This document shows positions 35,658 through 40,566 of a stretch of 40,566 bases of DNA, one piece after another. The notes beneath the pieces were generated by a model that worked only from the letters and a program-made list of their open reading frames with translations, was not told the DNA's origin and made no database searches. Where the stretch lies: positions 1-40,566 of the forward strand of contig WJIW01000117.1 of assembly GCA_014730065.1 (NCBI GenBank), read 5' to 3'. A program made the position numbers and the translations under genes. This DNA is from Armatimonadia bacterium. GTDB taxonomy: Bacteria; Armatimonadota; Zipacnadia; UBA1398. Positions within the stretch are counted from its first letter, which is position 1. Every line of letters starts with the position of its first letter.

Positions 35658-35662
35658 AGGAG

Positions 35663-35693
35663 CTGGGGGAGCGTCCGCGCGGCGCTCCCCCAG
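35663..35693 (+). repeat. 11-bp perfect inverted repeat (stem-loop without U tract) between the prepilin-like gene and the btuF-like gene
   Basis: CTGGGGGAGCG (35663-73) / CGCTCCCCCAG (35683-93). Confidence 0.6.
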
Positions 35694-35707
35694 AACCGGA
35701 GGCAGAG

Positions 35708-36658
35708 ATGCAGAAGAGCCAACTCTTGATCGTGTTAGTCGTGGGGTTGATCCTAGGGGCGGGCACCTTCGTGCTCATCGGCGGCAACCCCGACGCGCCG
35801 CCCCCCGAGCAATCCGGCGATCCCGCCCCCCCGCCGGAACCGACCGAGGAAGGGGGGCCCCAGCGAGTCATCGTCCTCTCTCCCGCCCTGGCCGAGATGG
35901 TCTACGCCATGGGCGAAGGCGACCGGGTGGTGGGGGTCAGCGACTTCTGCGAGTATCCGCCCGAGATCAAGAGCGTAACCACCTGCGGCGGCTTGATCAC
36001 GCCGAGTTACGAGGTGATGGAGTCACTGGACCCCGACCTGGTCATCGTGCAGGGGCTGGCGGATTCCATCGTGGAGTACTGTGACTCCGCCGGCATCCCG
36101 GTTTTGGATGTGCCCCTTGATTCCCTGGACGACATATACGCAGCCATCGAGATCCTGGGCGAGGAGCTGGGAGCGACGGAGTCGGCCGATGGTCTCATAG
36201 AGTCCATGCGCTCGGATATGGATGATGTCCGGGAGGCCGTTGCGGGTGAGGGCAGGCCGCCGGTGTTCCTGGCGACGGGCCGAAGCCCCGGCCGGCTGAA
36301 GGACATGATGACCGCGGGCGGCGGCAGCTTCCTGAGCGATCTGGTGGGCGTAGCGGGCGGGGAGAACGTGTTCGCGGACTCGGAGCAGCTCTGGCCCCAG
36401 CCCGCCGTGGAGGCCATCGTTGCCGCCGAGCCCGAGGTGATCATCGACATCCAGCCCAACCTGGATGTGGGCGAAGTGGAGCTGGACGCCGTTGCCGAGC
36501 AGTGGAGCGAGCTGAGGACGGTGCCCGCGGTGCGCGAGGGCCGAGTTCATGTGACCACCGAGGACGCGCTGCTGATACCGGGCCCACGCGTCACCGGTAC
36601 GGCGCGTGTGTTCGCCCGGCTGATCCACCCCGAGGTCTCCTTCGATGACTCCCCCTGA
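35708..36658 (+). CDS. btuF: Cobalamin ABC transporter substrate-binding protein (BtuF-like, helical backbone receptor), N-terminally anchored
   Basis: PQRVIVLSPALAEMVYAMG..DRVVGVSDFCEYP, PDLVI, GGENVFAD, VPAVREGRV, PGPRV. Under a B12 riboswitch. Confidence 0.8.
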   Translation: MQKSQLLIVLVVGLILGAGTFVLIGGNPDAPPPEQSGDPAPPPEPTEEGGPQRVIVLSPALAEMVYAMGEGDRVVGVSDFCEYPPEIKSVTTCGGLITPSYEVMESLDPDLVIVQGLADSIVEYCDSAGIPVLDVPLDSLDDIYAAIEILGEELGATESADGLIESMRSDMDDVREAVAGEGRPPVFLATGRSPGRLKDMMTAGGGSFLSDLVGVAGGENVFADSEQLWPQPAVEAIVAAEPEVIIDIQPNLDVGEVELDAVAEQWSELRTVPAVREGRVHVTTEDALLIPGPRVTGTARVFARLIHPEVSFDDSP

Positions 36659-37454
36659 GAGCGCGTATGATCTGCATGGCCTGAGCTTCCGGTACGACGA
36701 GGATCCGGTGCTGTCGGACCTGACGGGCTCCGCTCGCTCCGGCGAGTTTCTCGGGGTTCTCGGCCCCAACGGCGAGGGCAAGTCGACCCTCCTGAAGCTG
36801 CTCCTCGGCACCCTCCAGCCGGCGCAGGGGAGCATCAGCCTCTTCGACAAGCCCCTGCGCCAGATCCCCGCTCAGGAGCGGGCGAGGGCGGTGGGGTACC
36901 TCCCCCAGGAGGTCGGCGTCACGTACCCCTTCAGCAGCTTCGAGGTGGTCCTCATGGGACGCTACCCCCACCTGTCGACCTTCGCTCTGGAATCGGCACG
37001 CGACGAGGCCATCGCCGAGAGCTGCATGGAGCGCACCGGCACCCTCCATCTGGCTCGCCGGGCTTTCGCTACCTTGAGCGGGGGCGAGAAGCAGCGGGTG
37101 CTGATCGCATCGGTGCTGGCCCAGGAGCCACGGGTGCTGCTCCTCGACGAGCCCACCGCCTCCCTGGACATCAGCCACCAGTACAGCTTGATGGAGATGC
37201 TCCGCGGCCTGGCCCGAGAGGGCATCACCATCTTGATGGTCACCCACGACGTGACGCTGTCGGCGGGATACTGTGACCGCCTGTGGCTGCTCTCCGAGGG
37301 CCGGATCCTCGCCGAGGGGCCGCCCGAGTCGGTGGTGACCGAGGACAACCTGAAGCAGCTTTACGGCGCGGAGTTCCGCGTCACCACCGATCCCGGCACG
37401 GGGCTGCCCTTGATCCTCCCGCCCGCTCGCCGAGGGGCGTCCACATGCGCCTGA
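36645..37454 (+). CDS. btuD: Cobalamin/Fe-siderophore ABC transporter ATPase (BtuD-like)
   Basis: GPNGEGKST, YLPQE, GRYPH, LSGGEKQRV, LLLDEPTASLD, VTHD. Confidence 0.82.
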   Translation: MTPPESAYDLHGLSFRYDEDPVLSDLTGSARSGEFLGVLGPNGEGKSTLLKLLLGTLQPAQGSISLFDKPLRQIPAQERARAVGYLPQEVGVTYPFSSFEVVLMGRYPHLSTFALESARDEAIAESCMERTGTLHLARRAFATLSGGEKQRVLIASVLAQEPRVLLLDEPTASLDISHQYSLMEMLRGLAREGITILMVTHDVTLSAGYCDRLWLLSEGRILAEGPPESVVTEDNLKQLYGAEFRVTTDPGTGLPLILPPARRGASTCA

Positions 37455-38458
37455 CGCCCCTGCGATTGGCTACCGTTTTGATCGTATGCGTGGGCCTGGC
37501 CTTGGCTGCCCTCGCCGGGTCGCTCTTCGTCGGCGCCGTGGACATCGACCTGGCCGAGGGGTGGCGGGCCTTGTTCCATGCCGAGCTGCGCGAGGGCAAC
37601 GTGAGCTACCAGATCCTCATCGCCCAGCGGCTGCCCAGGGGCCTGCTCGGGTTCCTGGTAGGTCTGGGGCTCGGGGTGGCCGGCGCGGCTCTCCAGGCCA
37701 TTCTGCGCAACCCCCTGGCCGATCCCTATGTGCTGGGGATCTCCACGGGCAGCGCCCTGGGCGCCGTCCTGGCCATGACCTTGGGCCTGTCCTTCGGCCT
37801 GGGGCCCTTCCGCGCCGTGGAGATCTTCGCCCTCATCGGGGCGGGCCTGGTCATGCTGCTCCTCTACCGTCTGGCTCGGCGCCGGCGCGAGTTCTCCATG
37901 AACGCACTGCTGCTCTGCGGGGTGACCATCGCGCTGGTGGGCTCCTCGGGGATCCTGCTCATGCGCTACTTGGCCGAGCCCCAGCTTCTGGTGATCATGG
38001 ACCGGTGGATGATGGGCGGCTTGGCCATCGTGGGCTACGACGAGCTGGCCGGCCTCTTCCCCCTGCTGCTGCCCGGAGTGCTGCTGATTCTGTGGATGTC
38101 GGGCGCCCTCAACCAGCTCAGCGTGGGGGAGGAGCTGGCCATGGGCAGGGGCGTGGATGTGGAGAGCACCCAGCGATGGGTGTTCGCAGCCGCTTCCCTG
38201 GTGACCGCCGCTGTGGTGGCCATGGCGGGGCCCATTGGTTTCGTCGGGCTCATCGTGCCCCACGCGGTGCGCGGAGTGGTAGGCCCCGACCACCGGCTTC
38301 TGGTGCCGGCATCGGGGCTGGTGGCGGGGGCCTTCCTGGTGTTCTGCGACAGCTTGGCCCGCACCGTCCTGTCGCCCACGGAGCTGCCCGTCGGCGTGGT
38401 CACGTCGCTTCTGGGTGGGCCGGTGTTCGTCTACCTGCTGCTGCGCCGCTCGGGGTGA
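37445..38458 (+). CDS. btuC: FecCD-family ABC permease (BtuC-like)
   Basis: RLPRGLL, QAILRNPLADPYVLGIS, GPIGFVGLIVPH, ELPVGVVTSLLGGP. Start ATG 37445 overlaps the ATPase gene end. Confidence 0.82.
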   Translation: MRLTPLRLATVLIVCVGLALAALAGSLFVGAVDIDLAEGWRALFHAELREGNVSYQILIAQRLPRGLLGFLVGLGLGVAGAALQAILRNPLADPYVLGISTGSALGAVLAMTLGLSFGLGPFRAVEIFALIGAGLVMLLLYRLARRRREFSMNALLLCGVTIALVGSSGILLMRYLAEPQLLVIMDRWMMGGLAIVGYDELAGLFPLLLPGVLLILWMSGALNQLSVGEELAMGRGVDVESTQRWVFAAASLVTAAVVAMAGPIGFVGLIVPHAVRGVVGPDHRLLVPASGLVAGAFLVFCDSLARTVLSPTELPVGVVTSLLGGPVFVYLLLRRSG

Positions 38459-38519
38459 GCCGAGGTGCAGGACCCCCCACGGCCGCCCCCGAACTGCTCC
38501 CCTTGAGGAGGAGTCACCG

Positions 38520-39704
38520 GTGCAGGCTTCACCCACGGATCTCAGCATCCTGGTCGTCGAGGATGACGGCCTGTTCCGCGCCATGCTCGAGGCTGCGCTC
38601 AAGGCCCAAGGCCACGAGCCCGTCGCGCGCGCCAGCCTGGAAGAGGCCCTAGCGGCGTACGATGCCGGCCGGTTCGACCTGCTCCTGACTGACCTCCACC
38701 TACCCGATGGCGATGGCATCGAGCTGATGCGTCGTATCCGGTCGACCGACGGCGACATCAGCATCATCTTGATGACCGCCCAGCCCTCCGACGAGTCCCT
38801 CGGTGAGGCCATCGAGGCGGGCGTTGACGACTACCTGGTCAAGCCCTTCCCCGTGGGCGGCGAGTACAATCCCCTACACTTCGCCATCCAGAAGGCCCAG
38901 GCGTACCGGCGTCTGGCCATGGAGAACCGCCGGCTGGTTGGCGACCTGCGGGATCTCAATGAGAGCATGACCCACGAGATCGAGATTGCCGGACGAGTCC
39001 AGCGTGCCCTGCTGAGCCGGCCCTTCCAGCACCCATCCCTGCGAGTCACCACCTCCATCGAGCAATCCTCCGGGATCGGTGGCGATCTGTTCGAGGCAAC
39101 CCCCGCGACCGACGGACGGGTGTTCGTGTCCATGGGAGACGTATCGGGCCACGGACCCGCGGCGGCCCTGGTGATGAGCCTGGTCTACGGCCTGATGCAG
39201 GAGATGAGCCACCGGCCCGTCGGCCCCTCGGAAGCGGTGGACACCATCAGCGAAGCCATGTGCGGTCTCTTCGGGAGCCCCGAGGATACCGTCTTCCTCA
39301 CCCTGTGCCTGGGGTTCGTCGATCCGCATACCGGTGAGCTCGAGCTGGCCAGCGCGGGCCACTGGCCACCCATCTCCGTCCTGCCCGATGGGCGGCTGAA
39401 GGTCCATGACATCTGGAACGGCCTCCCGTGCGGGATCTCCGAGACCTGCGGCACCGAGACGTACCAGACGACCCTGGAGCCGGGCGAGACGCTGGTCCTG
39501 TACACCGATGGCATCACCGAGTCCTATGGACCCTACGGCCGCCAGTTCGGCCTGTCGGGCGTCCAGCAAGCCCTGAGAACGGCGGCGGCGGCGGGCAAGG
39601 ACATCACCGCCGACGTGGTCCAGCGAGCGGCCACCCGGTACCGCAAGGGCGCCGAGCCCGAGGACGATGCCGCCGTCCTCACCGCGACTTATCTGGAGAG
39701 CTAG
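38520..39704 (+). CDS. Response regulator receiver + SpoIIE/PP2C phosphatase (RsbU/RsbP/RsbY-like)
   Basis: ILVVEDD, LTDLHLPDGDG, YLVKP, a coiled coil, then GGDLF, GDVSGHG, SAGHWPP, LYTDGITE, EDDAAVL. GTG 38520 follows GAGGAGGAG. Confidence 0.92.
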   Translation: MQASPTDLSILVVEDDGLFRAMLEAALKAQGHEPVARASLEEALAAYDAGRFDLLLTDLHLPDGDGIELMRRIRSTDGDISIILMTAQPSDESLGEAIEAGVDDYLVKPFPVGGEYNPLHFAIQKAQAYRRLAMENRRLVGDLRDLNESMTHEIEIAGRVQRALLSRPFQHPSLRVTTSIEQSSGIGGDLFEATPATDGRVFVSMGDVSGHGPAAALVMSLVYGLMQEMSHRPVGPSEAVDTISEAMCGLFGSPEDTVFLTLCLGFVDPHTGELELASAGHWPPISVLPDGRLKVHDIWNGLPCGISETCGTETYQTTLEPGETLVLYTDGITESYGPYGRQFGLSGVQQALRTAAAAGKDITADVVQRAATRYRKGAEPEDDAAVLTATYLES

Positions 39705-39728
39705 CCCGGCGGAGGGATTCCCCAGCCC

Positions 39729-40566
39729 ATGACCGCGCGACAGCGCTACCTGGAAGCCATGCTGTTCGGCAAGCCCGACCGCGTGCCCCTTACCCCCGGC
39801 GGCCCACGGGAGTCCACCCTCCGCGCATGGCATGGGCAAGGCCTGGATCCGGGTGAGCCGTGGCTCCACCAGCTTCTGGAGGCCATCGGGCTCGGCCGCG
39901 ACGACCAGGTCGGCATCCCCGCCGTGGGTCCGGGCGTGTCCTTCAAGATGATCCCCGAGTTCGAGGAGGAGATCCTCGAGCATCGGGATGGCCACTACCT
40001 GCTCCGGGACTGGATGGGGGCCATCGTCGAGATCTCCGACGTGTACGATGCTTCGTACCTGCGCGCCGCCAAGGACTTCGTTACCCGGAAATGGTACCGC
40101 TTCCCCGTGGAGTGCCCCGCCGACTTCGAGAGCATGAAGACCCGTTACGACCCCTTGGCGCCGGAGCGCTACCCCGATGACTTCGCCGAGCGGATGGCCG
40201 GCGTGGACCCCGAGCGGCAGTTGGTCTTCGTGGTCTTCAACGGTCCCTTCTGGCAGCTTCGGGAGTGGTGTGGGTTCGAGGGCCTGTGCATGCTCTTCCT
40301 GGACCAGCCCGGCTTCGTGCGGGAGATGGTCTCCTTCTGGCGCGAGTTCGTGACCACCATCCTGGCCCGGATCGGGGAGCACGGACCCATCGACCGGATC
40401 CTGATCAACGAGGATATGGCCTACAAGGCCCACTCGATGATCTCGCCGGAGATGACCCATGAGTTCCTCGGCCCGGCCTACAGGGAGTGGGTCGAGGTGG
40501 CCAAGGGGGCCGGGTGTCAGGTGCTGGAGGTGGATTCCGACGGCTACGTGGGCGAGCTGATACCCG
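39729..40566 (+). CDS. Uroporphyrinogen decarboxylase family protein, truncated by the window edge
   Basis: ATG 39729 after GGAGGG. Reads MTARQRYLEAMLFGKPDRVP...GPFWQLREWCGFEGL...EDMAYKAHSMISP...VDSDGYVGELIP with no stop, so it is absent from the ORF track. Confidence 0.85.
   Translation, partial: MTARQRYLEAMLFGKPDRVPLTPGGPRESTLRAWHGQGLDPGEPWLHQLLEAIGLGRDDQVGIPAVGPGVSFKMIPEFEEEILEHRDGHYLLRDWMGAIVEISDVYDASYLRAAKDFVTRKWYRFPVECPADFESMKTRYDPLAPERYPDDFAERMAGVDPERQLVFVVFNGPFWQLREWCGFEGLCMLFLDQPGFVREMVSFWREFVTTILARIGEHGPIDRILINEDMAYKAHSMISPEMTHEFLGPAYREWVEVAKGAGCQVLEVDSDGYVGELIP

Noticed and set aside
37361-38812. 483-aa minus-strand ORF
   Set aside because: Antisense to the btuC-like and REC-PP2C genes, with no recognisable domain.
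38874-40460. 528-aa minus-strand ORF
   Set aside because: Antisense shadow of the REC-PP2C and URO-D genes. It has no motifs, and long shadow ORFs are expected at this GC content.
1-40566. Mobile elements, tRNA/rRNA, CRISPR, defence systems
   Set aside because: No transposase, integrase, cas or RNA-gene signatures were seen. Nearly all of the sequence is accounted for by the listed genes.

Overview
High-GC, gene-dense bacterial chromosomal segment with no rRNA, tRNA, CRISPR array or mobile element visible. Two genes encode '[25 protein letters not shown]...H-X9-DG' prepilin-like proteins. Together with Bacillus-style chemotaxis proteins and dapL, this suggests Armatimonadota or a relative (inference only). 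Contents, left to right: an ABC-2-type permease; a large GH127/GH146 + GH29 + F5/8C fusion glycosidase; a UroD-family gene; an OsmC / flavoprotein disulfide reductase / GT2 cluster; an aldo-keto reductase and an MFS transporter. Next is a LacI-controlled PUL-like locus (prepilin-like protein, beta-helix glycosidase, small lipoprotein) driven by two interlocked divergent sigma70 promoters. Then come hflX-dapL-dapF with a secreted vWA-like protein, and an ~11 kb chemosensory cluster (NDP-sugar transferase with an apparent CTG start, FlgN/FliT-like, cheC, cheD, yvyF-like, HDOD, cheB, cheR, cheY, a J-domain-CheW fusion, RsbW/RsbV-like pair, cheW, P2-less cheA). The window ends with a Gfo/Idh/MocA oxidoreductase, a cobalamin riboswitch heading small ORF - prepilin-like gene - btuFDC-like ABC importer, a REC-PP2C phosphatase and a truncated UroD-family gene. 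The strongest candidates for undescribed biology are (1) the Hsp70-recruiting J-domain-CheW fusion beside a partner-switch module in the che cluster, and (2) a prepilin-like H-X9-DG protein sitting where BtuB usually sits in a B12-riboswitch uptake operon, mirrored by a paralog in a sugar-utilization locus. All family calls come from motif recognition by eye; no database searches were run.
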